This document shows positions 22,783 through 34,641 of a DNA stretch of 64,000 bases, in pieces. Made by a program: the position numbers and the translations under genes. This stretch comes from Bilabrum cf. latius (Eukaryota): NCBI GenBank assembly GCA_965178125.1, contig OZ237758.1, positions 1 to 64,000 on the forward strand, in the 5' to 3' direction. Numbering within the stretch: the stretch's first letter is position 1; every line of letters starts with the position of its first letter. A model generated the notes under the pieces. That model saw only the letters and a program-made list of their open reading frames with translations, did not search any database and was not told the origin of the DNA.

Positions 22783-24471
22783 ATGAGTGGCGCCACTGCC
22801 ACAGGTTCAAGCCCTAGGCAGTCTTTGGGGCACCGAGCAAGACCAGCCTCCGCCCGAGTACGCCGAGCAAAGCTATCAGAGGCTTCTTATGTTCAAACTT
22901 CGAACAGCAGCCGATCACGACCTCAGTCAGCCCGTGAGCGCGCTCATTCAACAAGGTCAAGACGGCAACAAGGGGCGTAGGACCTTGACCTGGTCGGACA
23001 GAATAAGCAGCACCAACTTGCGCACATTGGCTACCGAACAGGTCATGCAGCAGCAGTAAGGGCTTATGCGCCTGGATCTTCCGCTGCGCTAGTCCCCGGT
23101 CTGCGTAGAAAGCGCAGCACCGGCAGCGGTCGCAACACTGGCTCGCCGCGGTCGCACCACGACCGGGAAGAGCAGAAGAGCAGTAGACCTGCCGTTGCTG
23201 GACCTGGCGGCCCTTTTGCTCGATCTAGGAGGCCTTGGATGCCATCAGCGGCTGCCGCGGCAGCCTTCTCCGAGCCCCAAGGATTTGCCCGGCGAGCGGG
23301 AGGCACTCTGGCCGTGCGTCTCAAGAAGCAAGTCCAGTCGCTGCGAGCCCGCTTGGAGCAGGCTGAGACGGAGCTGTAGACTGCCAAAACAATGATCGAT
23401 TCGGGTGCGGCTGGCAGAGGCTCCAGCCATGGGGAAGCGCTGGCAGGAGGTGCATCGCACGAGGGTGCGGTGCGCCGGCTGAAGGCAGCCTAGACGAGCT
23501 ACGAGGAGGGGCTGCGGCGGATGGCGGGGCAGCGGGACGACGCGCTGGAGGAAGCGCAGGAGTGGAGACGGCGGGCGGAGGAGGAGGCAATGTAGGCGGC
23601 ACGGGCCCGGGAGGAAGCAGAGGGTGCGCGGGCGAGGGCGAGGGCTGCAGCTGCGGCGGCCACCGCAGCGTAGGACGGGCGGCGGCGGGCAGAGGAGATG
23701 TTGTCTCGGGTTGTGGCACCTGGGAGCTCGCTTCGTGTGGGGGACATCGTGCTAGTGCGGATGGGAGGCGGTGGTGCATCGGATGGAGAGGATGGGATGG
23801 AGGAGGGGCGGGACAGCATGCCAGTGGGGTGGGTGCGAGGTAGAGTAGTGGAGGTGCGTGGTGTAGAGGAGATCAGTGCCGATGGTGCTAGGGGGGAGAG
23901 GGCAGGGGAGGACGTGGACGAGACGGTGGGCCTCGCTAGTGTGCTGGTTGACGTGCAGGTGCAGGTGCAGGCGGGGACAGGCGAGGAAGTGAACGGACAA
24001 AGGCAGGGGGAGGAGGATGGTGGGAGACGAGTAGGCGATTCCGAGCCCGAGCAGGAGGTGTTGCGGGGGCTGGACCCCTCTAGCGTAGTCCTGGTGCTTG
24101 ACCGTGGGATGGGGGCCTCCAGACCACCGCAAAGCTCCTTGGCTAGACCGTTGCTGGGCGAGGCCTTGCGAGCCGGTAGTCTGGGGGCCGAGCGGGCCGG
24201 GTGGGTGGTCGTGGGCAGGCTGGCTGTGCCCGCTGCCGAGCAAGAAACATAGAAGCAGCTGGCGTCTCGCGAGCATGCACGGGTGCAGGTGAGTGATGAG
24301 AGCGCCCTGGCAGCGGAGAGTGCGTGGGTGGCCCGCGTCCTCGAGCAGCGGTGCAAGCAGCTAGCTGCCGACAATGTGCGCTTGAGGGCTGCACTCGAGG
24401 CCTCCAGGGGTGCCAAGGAGGCTACCGGTGAGAATGGAAGGAGGGATTCGGGCGATTCGGGCGAGCGATGA
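22783..24471 (+). CDS. Hypothetical coiled-coil protein (~562 aa)
   Basis: One frame through 6 TAGs joins ORFs 22768-22980, 23698-24252 and 24283-24471; Glu/Arg/Ala-rich helical segments; TGA stop. Confidence 0.65.
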
Positions 24472-24639
24472 CGGTAGATGCCAGCCTATACTGCAGATGC
24501 CTCACTCCTTCCACTGGCAGCATGCATGGCAAGGGCCACCACCAGTCATGGGGACAATGTCAGGTGCACTGCACTGCCAGCTGTGCTCGATACTTGCGAA
24601 GTTATCCGCCATCATTTGGAAGGCCATCGCACCAACACA

Positions 24640-26109
24640 ATGGCGGCAATTAAGTTCAGAAAGATAAGTGTACAATCCTTGTCATCCGACTTTAGGTCGG
24701 CAACGAGGATTGAACCATGTGAGGTAGATCCCGACACGCTTGCCGAAGAGGATCTGCTTATCCGGGTGGAGTACGTGGGCATCAATGCATCTGATTCGAA
24801 TTTTTCGGCTGGAAAATACACGCCTGGTGTGGAGCCTCCCTTTGATTGTGGGTTTGAAGCTGTTGGAGTGGTTGTCGGGTGCGGCCCGACGGCTGCAGAC
24901 AGGGCATTCCTTGGTAGATCAGTCGCAGTGGCCGGCTTTGGGTGCTTTGCTGAGTTCCTTGTAGTGTCCCGATCTAGCGTTCTTCCAATCGGCAAGAAGC
25001 CTGAGCCGACCTCGTTGGCTATTCTTGTCAGCGGCCTGACGGCGTCGATTTCACTAGCCCACACCCTGGGTGTAGGGAAACGCTGCAGAGAGGTCTTGGG
25101 CGAGGGCAAAACGCCGTCTGCCATTATAACAGCTGCAGCTGGAGGCACTGGGCAGTTTGCTGTCCAGCTATTGCGGCTTTGGGGCTGCAAGACTGCTGGG
25201 ACGTGCAGCACCGCGGCCAAGGAGAGAGAGCTCTCGTCACTCGGATGTGAACCCATCAATTACAGATCAAGCAATTTTCACGCCGCTGCGCGATCATGGG
25301 AACCGTGCGGCACGCGTGGGGTAGACTTCGTGTACGAGTCGGTTGGCGGTTCGATGTTCGATGATTGTGTGGACCTGCTGCGCAAGGGCGGGCGCCTGTG
25401 CGTGATTGGGTTCATCTCGGGGTACCGCACCGGCGAAGGGTGGTCCAGATCTGGGCAGAATGAGCCTGTTAGCATGCACGCTGGGTCAGGAGCAGCTGGC
25501 GCGCGTTTTCATGCGCCAAAGCTAGTCAAGACCCCCTCCAGAGGGACCTCCCTGACAGCTGCTGGTACCCCAGGACCGGCCCGAGCTTCGCGCCCCCCGT
25601 GGCCCGTCCAGCTGCTCGCCAAAAGCGCGTCAGTCCGGGGTTTCTTCCTCAACCACTTTGCACGGGAGCAGCGGCGCCACATCGCCGGTCTGCTGGGTCT
25701 GGTTCGTGCTGGCTTGTTGCAGGTGCAGGCCCGGGTGCATCCTCGAGTGGGGCTGGAGGGGGTGCCTGCTGCAGTAGAGCACATGCTCGGGGTAGCCAAG
25801 ACCGAGGAGCCAAAAAATGCTGCATGGGCGGTGAGCGGCGGGAAGCTGTGCGTGCATGTGCAGCCGCCCTTGTCGCCAGCGGCACACCGCGCGCTGACGG
25901 CTCTCGCCACCCGACCGGGGTCCGGAGATGGGCCGCGCTGCTTGCCCGCCAGTGACATGCAGCACGGGTTTCGGGCTTTGACGCAGCCGGGTCGCGTGTG
26001 TGTCGATGGACGAGTGCCCACGGATGACGAGCTGAAGGGACCAAGGCGCAAGGAGGTGCGCGCGGCGCTGGCCGTGCTAGAGCCGAGGGAAGACAAGGCG
26101 AAGCTATGA
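24640..26109 (+). CDS. ZADH2: MDR-family NADP oxidoreductase (ZADH2/PTGR3-like) with C-terminal PTS1-type AKL
   Basis: YVGINASD.NFSAG.Y, PPFDCGFEAVG, VSGLTASISL, TAAAGGTGQFAVQL, GVDFVYESVGG, VIGFISGY; ends -AKL-TGA. Confidence 0.85.
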   Translation: MAAIKFRKISVQSLSSDFRSATRIEPCEVDPDTLAEEDLLIRVEYVGINASDSNFSAGKYTPGVEPPFDCGFEAVGVVVGCGPTAADRAFLGRSVAVAGFGCFAEFLVVSRSSVLPIGKKPEPTSLAILVSGLTASISLAHTLGVGKRCREVLGEGKTPSAIITAAAGGTGQFAVQLLRLWGCKTAGTCSTAAKERELSSLGCEPINYRSSNFHAAARSWEPCGTRGVDFVYESVGGSMFDDCVDLLRKGGRLCVIGFISGYRTGEGWSRSGQNEPVSMHAGSGAAGARFHAPKLVKTPSRGTSLTAAGTPGPARASRPPWPVQLLAKSASVRGFFLNHFAREQRRHIAGLLGLVRAGLLQVQARVHPRVGLEGVPAAVEHMLGVAKTEEPKNAAWAVSGGKLCVHVQPPLSPAAHRALTALATRPGSGDGPRCLPASDMQHGFRALTQPGRVCVDGRVPTDDELKGPRRKEVRAALAVLEPREDKAKL

Positions 26110-26269
26110 TCCGCATGGGTCGCAGGCAGCGCTGGTCGCACTGGAGACCATGGTTAATCATATCTGCATTGATTCGAGCCTACAAGGCGTTCGTCTGTGT
26201 ATAATTCCGTTTTCATGGTTCATCCGCTGTGCACAGGAGTGCCTCATCAGACCTAGCCACAGAGGCGCA

Positions 26270-28899
26270 TCACTCGTCCGCCTCCCCCTCGAACTCCACC
26301 ATGACCTCTCCGTCGGCCACCTGCTGCTCCGGGCTCACGTGCACCGCCTTGACGACCACGTCCCGGGGGGCCTTCACGTTGTGCTCCATCTTCATCGCCT
26401 CCAGCACCACCAACGTGTCACCCGCCTGCACTGCCTGGCCCGCTTCCGCTGACACCGACACAACTTTTCCAGGCATGGGTGAGACCACCGCACCCGCCGA
26501 GTCGGCCGCGCCACCCGCCCCTAGGTCGGCCAGAGGCGCCTTCACCACCACGCAGGGGTCCAGGAAGGCGATCTCGGGCTGGGACCCTGCGTCCTGCGCG
26601 CCTGCGCTCCCGCCCAGCGACGACAGAGACAGGTCGTCCCGGCGGACTGCCGCGGCCGCCTCCTGGGATGCGGGAAGCCCATCGCAGAACACGGCGAACT
26701 CCTGCGCGGTGGCCCCCTTGGCAGGGAGCGGCAGCGCCACCACCAGGGCGGTGAAGGAGGCCCCGTCCCCTGCCTCTCCGCGGATGCGCACGAGCCCAGG
26801 CCCCGCCACGCTGCTGGTATCTGCAGCATCCAGCTCCTAACCAGTCAGTGCCTCCACTTCGCAGCGGAGGTTTCGCAGGCTGGTGCTGGCCTCATCACCG
26901 CCCTACGCACCCGACACGGTCACCCGGAAATCCGTGGCATCCCCTGGGACGAATCGCCCGCCGGCCATGGACACCTGGACGCGGGCCCCCTCGCTGCACC
27001 CCGCGATGCCTCCTTCCTCTCCGGCCTCTGCCCCGAAGCCGTACTCGAAGTGCGCCACCTAGGGCGCTCCGATGGGCCTGTGCCCGTCCCCCTGGGACCA
27101 CACGTCATCGCTCCAACCCGGCGAGGCCGCCTCCTGGGTCTGCTCTGCCCTCGCCTGCGCTAGCAGCATGCGGGCGATCGAAGCCAGCGCCGTTGCGGGC
27201 CTGGCCCTCGCCACCGCCACTGGGTCCGAGCCCTGGTCCTGCGCCCCCCCTGCCTGGGGCAAGATATCCGTCAGGTGCTTGGCCAGGAAGGACGTGTCCA
27301 CCCCGCCAGCGGCAAACATGTTGTGCCGCGCAGCAGCTCGCAAAAACGCGATGTTGTTGGGCAGACCCGCCACTCTGTACCGCGCCAGTCCCTGGTCCAG
27401 CCGAGTGAGGGCAGCCCGCCTGTCCTCCCCCCTCGCGATCACCTTGGACACCATGGGGTCGTAGTGGATGCTCACCTCGTGGCCCGCGCCCACACCCGCA
27501 TCCACCCTCACCCCCGGCACAGACGCGTCAGGAGTCTCGCAGCAGTGCAGCGTGCCGGTGGCAGGCAGGAACCCAGCCGCGGGTTGCTCGGCGTACACGC
27601 GCGCCTCGATGGCGTGTCCTCCCCACGAGGCGTCGATCTCGTCCTGCGTGAGCGGAAGGGGCTGCCCGCAGGCCACGCGCAGCTGCCACTCCACCAAATC
27701 CACCCCCGTGATCATCTCAGTCACGGGGTGCTCCACCTGCAGGCGGGTGTTCATCTCCATGAAGAAGAACGGAGTCCCGCCAGCAAGGGAGGCGGGCTCA
27801 CCCGCCGCTGCCTGCGCCTCAGTGGGCACGGGCCCGTCCACCATGAACTCCACCGTCCCCGCACCCACGTACCCGACTGCCTTGGCCGCGTCCACGGCCT
27901 TCTTGCCCATGTCCGCCCTCAGCTCCTCGGTCATCCCCGGCGCGGGGGCCTCCTCCAGCACCTTTTGGTGCCTGCGCTGCACCGAGCAGTCGCGCTCCAG
28001 GAGGTGCACCGCATTGCCGTGCAAGTCTGCGAAGACCTGGAACTCGACGTGCCTGGGCCTGGGCAGGAACCGCTCCACGAGCACGTTGTCGTCCCCGAAG
28101 GCTGCCTTGCTCTCCCGGCGGCACGAGTGCAGAGCCTCCAGGAAATCGCCCTCCTCCAGCACTGCCCGCATGCCCTTGCCGCCTCCACCCATGACCGCCT
28201 TGATCATGACCGGGAATCCCGCCGCCTTTGCCTCCTCCAGCAGCCGCTCGTCAGACTGCTCGTCCCCGTGGTAGCCGGGAGTGCAAGGCACGCCGGCATC
28301 AGTCATGATACTCTTTGACGCGCTGCGGGCGAGATGCGATCGCGGCAAAACGATCAGGTAGATAGAAATAGCGCTGTGCGGTTTGAAACGACTGCATGCA
28401 ACGCCCATCACTCTTACCTCTTGCTTCCCATGGACTCGATAGCCCCCTTCGGCGGGCCAATGAACACGATCCCGTTCGCCGCGCAGGCTTCCGCGAATCC
28501 AGAGTTCTCACTCATGAAGCCATATCCAGGATGCACTGCTTGCGCACCAGTGCGAGAGCACGCCTCCAAGATGGCCTCCTGACGCAGGTAGGACTGCGAT
28601 GCCGCCGGGGGGCCGATCCGCACCGCCTCATCAGCAGCCTGCACGTGCATCGCGTTTGCATCGGCGTCGCTGTATACCGCCACAGTTTTTACACCAAGAG
28701 ACCGGGCAGACCTAATTACTCGGCACGCGATTTCGCCCCTGTTGGCAATCAAAATCTTATCAAACATCTAGCCGCCGCGCGCCAGTGCTAGGTCCTCAGC
28801 GCTCGCGAAGCATCTGGTCCCGGTCCTTCGAGCGATCGCAGCGGCTACCTGCACAGACCGCGATACTCTGCTACTTCTTCCGGCCAACCGTGCAAGCAT
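26270..28899 (-). CDS. MCCC1: Methylcrotonoyl-CoA carboxylase alpha (biotin) subunit; intron 28323-28417
   Basis: [66 protein letters not shown]; the intron restores MGSKSASKSIM; 4 in-frame TAG. Confidence 0.9.
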
Positions 28900-29062
28900 G
28901 CTCGCTGGACAAGTGGAGCCCACGGCACCGAATCGGCTCGAGGTTCCTTTTTTGGGCAGCAGAACGTTCCATACCTTTACAGATTTCGGAAAACGAATGA
29001 ATGGCCACGTGCGAAGACTATCACAGACCTGTTCCCCTGATTTCTGTAGTAGCTAATATATA

Positions 29063-29395
29063 ATGGCAGCTACATCCACGAGCGTGCCTGAGCCGGCGAC
29101 GTAGGCGAAAACAGAGAGCACTATGTTGGAGAAACTTAGAGCGAAGTATGGCCCAGAAGCCAAGATCGCGGTTGTCGACGAGTCTGCGGATCGCTGTGGG
29201 GACGCCTTTTTCATTTGTGTCGTATCCTCTGCGTTCGATGGGGTCGGCTTGCTCGACAGGCAGCGATCAATCAACGAGACACTCGCGACAGAGATTGCTG
29301 GTGTGCATGCCGTCCAGGTTAAGGCTTGGACGCCGAGCTAGGCCCCAAAGAAGATCGAGAAACTCCCAGAGGCAGTCAAGGCGGCCCTCAGTTGA
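29063..29395 (+). CDS. BolA-family protein
   Basis: VVDES..CGDAF...VVSSAFDGVGLLDRQRSIN..L..EI..VHAVQVKAWTPS*; TAG at 29102 and 29339; TGA at 29393. Confidence 0.88.
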
Positions 29396-29476
29396 CGCTG
29401 GTTCGGTTGTAGGTTGCATTTTTTTCTAGAATCCCGAGCATCATTCTTTGCGAGCAAGATCACTGCTGTCTGCAAG

Positions 29477-31138
29477 TCACTCCTCCTTCTTCCTTATACT
29501 AGGCGGCCTTTCCTCATGCTCATTAGCCTCCATCTCCACTGCGTTTCGCATGGCCTCGTGTTCTGGTATCAGGGCGGGCTCGATCTAGCCGCCGGTGCAA
29601 TTGGATGGACCCTGCAGCACCTGCACCCTATCGCCCACCTGCAGGCCGCGATACGTCCGCCCCGGGCTCTCCTCTCCCTTGCCCCCTGGCGTGTGCAGGG
29701 CCATGTTGATGCCCATGAGCACGCCCTTGGCGGACCGGCGGAAGGACCGCATCGTGCGCGTGGGCTCGGCGTCGAAGCCTCCTGGCGTGCCAGTGTCGGG
29801 GTCGATCTGGGGAATGTTGCAACGCACGCACAGTTTGGTGCCCGTTGCATCCACGCAATGCCCCTCTTCGCCCCGTACTCCCTCTTTGCTGCCTTCGAGA
29901 AACCGCACGCGCCACCACGTGTCCTCGGCAAACGCACCCCGACGGACCCCTCTAGCCGCAGCGCCATTCCCAGCGCCCGTCTGCTTCACGGCAATATTGG
30001 GCCGGAACCTCCTCCAGTCCACCGGCAACGAGCCACGGAGCCTGTGCTTGTGCAGGCTGCCCTTGTCCTTGTCCTCGCCCTTGCCCTGCTCCTGTGTGGC
30101 GCGGCACAAGGGGGACTGCTCCAGCCGTCGGTTCAGGGCCTCCAGCGACTCCTCCGTCACTAGGAGGGCGGGCATGCCGTCAGCGAAAGAGACCATGTCC
30201 GTGGGCTCCTGCCCTTTCGTCTCGTTCGCACTCGTCACCTCCCCTGCGGCTCGGGCATCCTGCAGCTGCTGCTTGGCCTTGTACTTGCCCTTATACTTGG
30301 TCTTGCCCACCCACCGCTGGGCCCCCTCGTTGTCACTCATAAAGACCAGCCCGATAGACCGCAGAGTGTCTCCCGTCCCCTGGATCTCCAGCCCGCCCCC
30401 TGGCAGCAGGGCGTTCTACAGCCACTCGGACACGTCGTCTCCTTGGTCCACTGCGTCGTTCACCTTGGTGCCCCAGATATCCACCTGCCGAAGAGCCACG
30501 CCCCCACGTCCCTCCGCCGTCGGAGAGCTCCGCACGGGCACGATGATGGGAGCAGTGGCATCCGGGTGTGACAGGCGGATGGCGTCCACGTCTCCTCCGT
30601 CCGACACGTCAAGCCATTCATTGTCCTCGGCACCAGCTGACAGCAGTTGCACGCCCAGCAATGCAAGCCGAGGGACCTGACGCTGCGAGAGGAACCCGCC
30701 CGTGGTGCGATCCACGAGCATCCACCGTCGATCCCAGCGCAAACCTCGAGCATCCAACGGCCAGCGAACGGTCGCTGGGACGGAGATCCCACGACCGCTC
30801 TTGACAGGATATACCCACAACTAAGAGATTGACCCGACCTCGGTTGGTCTCGATTGCGTAGGCTTGCCTTTGAGAGCCCAAACAGCGCACTACGTGGCCC
30901 AAATAAGGAGCCCAGCAAGCACTATACCGACAACCACCCCAAGCACAACCGATACCAAAAGCAAAATCATTTCGTGGTTCTCTTTCTTGGATTGCTACAG
31001 CGCGAGCAGCTCATCCTCGTTCCCTTGTATCTTGACAAAAAGAGAATCGTCCTCGGGAAGCAAACCAAGCTTTAACGCTAGCTGCTCCACGAAATCGACC
31101 ACTTCATCGGGAATCAAGGATCCAAATTCGTCCAGCAT
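29477..31138 (-). CDS. MOSC-domain protein (mARC-like) with N-terminal TM segment
   Basis: GSIS*LWVYPVKSGRG, WDRRWMLVD, SFADGMPALL, RRFRPNI, CVRCNIPQIDPDTG; 5 in-frame TAG; TGA at 29477. Confidence 0.88.
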
Positions 31139-31281
31139 TGCCCCAGTAGTACCCTACTATGCTATGCAACAAACGCAGCCTGGCGGTCGGTTCCGCAATG
31201 GAACCCCGGCGGGCCGCGGAGTGGCGCGCGGCGCCTCAAGCGTCACAACCCCAAAAGCAGACTCAGCAGTGAAAAGCAGCC

Positions 31282-33465
31282 ATGCGAAGCAAGTTTGCTG
31301 CGTTGGTATGCATTACTGCAGCAGTTGCTATGGCGGGATATGCCAAGCGACCGAATTTGTGAGTTGTTTTACGCACGGGATATGCCAAGCGGATCCGAAT
31401 GATCGCAACGGGTCTCGCATCCACACGTTGAACAGCAAATATTTGACATTTTGCGCATCGCAGTGTTGTTCTTTTCGTAAGATTGGTACCATTCTCAGCT
31501 ATGGAAAACGTTTGCGCCGAAATCTCTGCCCCGCTGCAGAGCATCGAACGACCTCAGCGTCCTGTTGCACTTGCGTTTCAATTGCGCAGGCAGATGATCT
31601 TGGTTACGGGGACATCGGGGCCAACGGTGCTCCGTCCTGGAAGACACCCAACCTGGACAGGCTTGCGTTTGAGGGCATGCGGTTTGGCTAGTGGTACAGC
31701 GCCGCGCCTGTCTGCACCCCGTCGCGTGCTGGCCTGTACACGGGGCGGTATCCAGTTCGCAGTGGCACTGCAGGACCGTACACTGCGAACGTGTCAGACT
31801 TTACTCGAACCCCAGGGGTATTCAGCTGCAACGCAGACTACGGGCTCCCACTGAATGAAACGACCTTCGCCGAGCACCTGAAGAGCGCCGGCTACTCGAC
31901 CATGCTGGCGGGCAAGTGGCACGAGGGGCAGCGCAAGCAGTACCTGCCCAACAAGCGGGGCTTTGACAGGTGAGAGGGTTGTGGGGGATGCCGCTGCACG
32001 GACGCCGATGCGCACCGCCCACCCCATCTGCCTCTGTGCCTTGGAGCCATCGGCTCGCCCTACTTGAAGTTTCCTGGAAATAGCTTGCCCTTGAAGTTCC
32101 CATCAACTGCCCCGCAGATACGCCGGCATCCCTTACAGCGTGGACATGGGGGGAAGCTATTTCCAGGGCAAGTTCTACGCGAACAACGAGTGCAACCCGC
32201 TGCCTCTCTTCAACATGAGCGGGCCTGACGACTACACGATCTTCCAGCAGCCTGCGGTGTTCGACACGCTCGCACAGTTCTACGCGAATGAAACCACCCG
32301 CTTCATCCGGCAGCACGCCCACGACGAGGACCCCTTTCTCCTGGTCATGGCTCACTCGCACGTGCACACCGCCGTGGCAGGGGACGCCGAGTTCGCTGGG
32401 CAGCAGTTCTGGAACTCGACAGGCAGGGGCCCATTCGGCGATGCTGCCTCTGAGATGGACTGGGTGGCGGGGCAGATCCTGGACGAGGTGGACAATCAGG
32501 GCATCTCCGAGGACACGGTGGTGTTCTTCACATCGGACAAGTGAGTCAGCTGTTCTGCGTGCGCGCTCTTGTTGGCAGCCCGTACTGCTTGCAGCATCCA
32601 TCTCGACATGCCGCCTCCTCTATTGCACCTGACTCATCGCAGCGGCCCGTGGCGCATCAAGGGCCTGGACGGTGGCACGAGCGGCCTGTACCAGGGGCTG
32701 TATGCGATCCTCAACTACGGGTACGCAGACACGGGCAAGGCCTCCACCTGGCAGGGAGGCATCACCATGCCTGCTGCGGCTCGGTGGCAGGGCAAGACAC
32801 CCCCCAACAGCGTCAACTACAACATCCACAGCACGATGGACATCTTTCCCACCATGCTGTCGCTGGCGGGCGTGCCGCTGCCCAAGGACCGATCGATCGA
32901 CGGGCGCGACATGAGCTCTCTGCTCATGGGATAGGGGGACAACGCGCACGAGACCATCATGCACTACCGGCAGGGGACCATCTTCGCCGCGCGCAAGGGG
33001 GGCTTCAAGGCGCACTTCGCCACCAAGTCGGGATACGGCAAGGACAAGACCGTTGTGCACGACCCTCCCCTGTTCTTCAACACGCTCATCGACCCCATGG
33101 AGCAGTACCCCATCGACGTGAAGAACCTCCCCGCGGGCGTGTTCGACGACATCATGCATGCCGTGGAGGCCCACCGAGCCACGCTGGCCAACGGGACCTC
33201 TCAGAACCTCCTGGGGCCTTCCAACAGGACCTACGGGGTATGCTGCGATCCTTCTAAGCAGTGCATGTGCAACGGCCCCGATGGCGCCCCTGTCTCCGCG
33301 CAGGAAGCCATGGACCTGTGGGAGTCTGGGCAAGGCCGGTCCATTGGTAGCGCGGCTGCCTCGAGCCACTCGGACCTCTGGCCGGAGCTGGAGCGGGGCA
33401 TGGACGCGACCGGGGTGGCCACCGCAGAGGAGATCACCTCCAGGCCCGACCTCAGGGACTGGTGA
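31282..33465 (+). CDS. Arylsulfatase (formylglycine-type), 5 exons (introns 31359-31463, 31477-31589, 31970-32117, 32541-32642)
   Basis: Signal peptide, then spliced KRPNFVVLFADDLGYGD, CTPSRAGLYTGRYP, GKWH, TSDNGPW; TAG at 31689 and 32932. Confidence 0.92.
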
Positions 33466-33589
33466 CTGGTGGGGAGTTGACTATCGCAGGGAGCTGGTGC
33501 CCGAGGTTGGCCAGCGGTGGCACGCGGAGCAGCTGCTCTCCTGCCTCTCCTGCCGTCTCGTGCGCATCGCTTATTTTCAATACCTCGGC

Positions 33590-34486
33590 TTAATTATGCG
33601 GCCTGCTTCGTCTTTGCACTGATTTTACCACCAGGACAACTTCTCCTAGCACCTTTGCAGTCTGTCCGCCCTCTGCTGCGCTGCCCAGCTGCCCCTCCCT
33701 GGCTGCATGCAAGGCGCCCCTCGCTGTTGTATGGAGCACCTGCTCGTGGCGCTTGCTCAGCTCCCTACACACCACCACGCCCCGCTGATGGCTGCTAAGC
33801 ATTTCACTTGCAGTAGCAGAGGCAGCGGCGATGTCCATCGCCTCGCACAGCTCCACCAGCGTGCTCTCCAGTCGTCTAGGGCTCTCGTAGGCCACCGTGC
33901 ATCCCGCGCCACTGCCAGCCGTCTTCATCCATTGATCTCGGGCCTCACCTCGCCTGGGAACAAAGCCAGAGAAAGAAAATCCATGCATTGACGCGTACAC
34001 GTCCCCGGCTACGCTCATCGCCGCAACCGCTGCGCTTGGGCCCGGCACCGGAGACACTCGGTGACCATCGGAAGCAACTCGCGACACCAAGGCTGCACCG
34101 GGATCTGACACGCAAGGAGTCCCGGCATCCGCCACGAGGCAAGCGTGGCGGCCACCTCTTAGCCAATCTATGCAAGCCTGTGAGGCCTGTTCAATAGAGT
34201 GCTCATCGCATCGAATAAGTCTTTGGCTGATGGCAGCCGTACCCTTGCCGCCAAGGACGCTTTTAACTTTACGAATCGCTCTGTTTGCAACCCTAGTATC
34301 TTCAGCCAAAACAAATGGTGAGCTCAAGAGGACTTGAGCAGCCCGCACCGATATATCGCCCCAGTTCCCAATTGGTAGCCCAACCACACGAAGCACTCCC
34401 CTGGAATGATTTGGGCCCGAGTGCAGTCGTCTCGCTGGCACCACCAATTCATGCCAGTGGGCGAGCCTTCTACTAGAAATCATCAT
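33590..34486 (-). CDS. rsmI: RsmI-like rRNA 2'-O-methyltransferase (tetrapyrrole methylase family)
   Basis: VGLPIGNWGDISVRA, LAEDTR, DAGTPCVSDPG, PVPGPSA, YESPRRL, CRELSKRHE, GEVVLVV; first non-TAG stop is TAA at 33590. Confidence 0.85.
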   Translation of the reverse strand: MMISSRRLAHWHELVVPARRLHSGPNHSRGVLRVVGLPIGNWGDISVRAAQVLLSSPFVLAEDTRVANRAIRKVKSVLGGKGTAAISQRLIRCDEHSIEQASQACIDWLRGGRHACLVADAGTPCVSDPGAALVSRVASDGHRVSPVPGPSAAVAAMSVAGDVYASMHGFSFSGFVPRRGEARDQWMKTAGSGAGCTVAYESPRRLESTLVELCEAMDIAAASATASEMLSSHQRGVVVCRELSKRHEQVLHTTARGALHAAREGQLGSAAEGGQTAKVLGEVVLVVKSVQRRSRPHN

Positions 34487-34641
34487 CACTTGCTACATAC
34501 GTAGCTCCCAGTCTGTGTGTGCAGTGCGTCGTGGTCCAATTCGACCAAAACCGGGACTGCAGGTGAGCAGAGGCGAGCACCATTAAAGCACGCATTCTAG
34601 CGAAATATTTCTGTCGTGTACTCCGGGCAACCTGCTTAATC

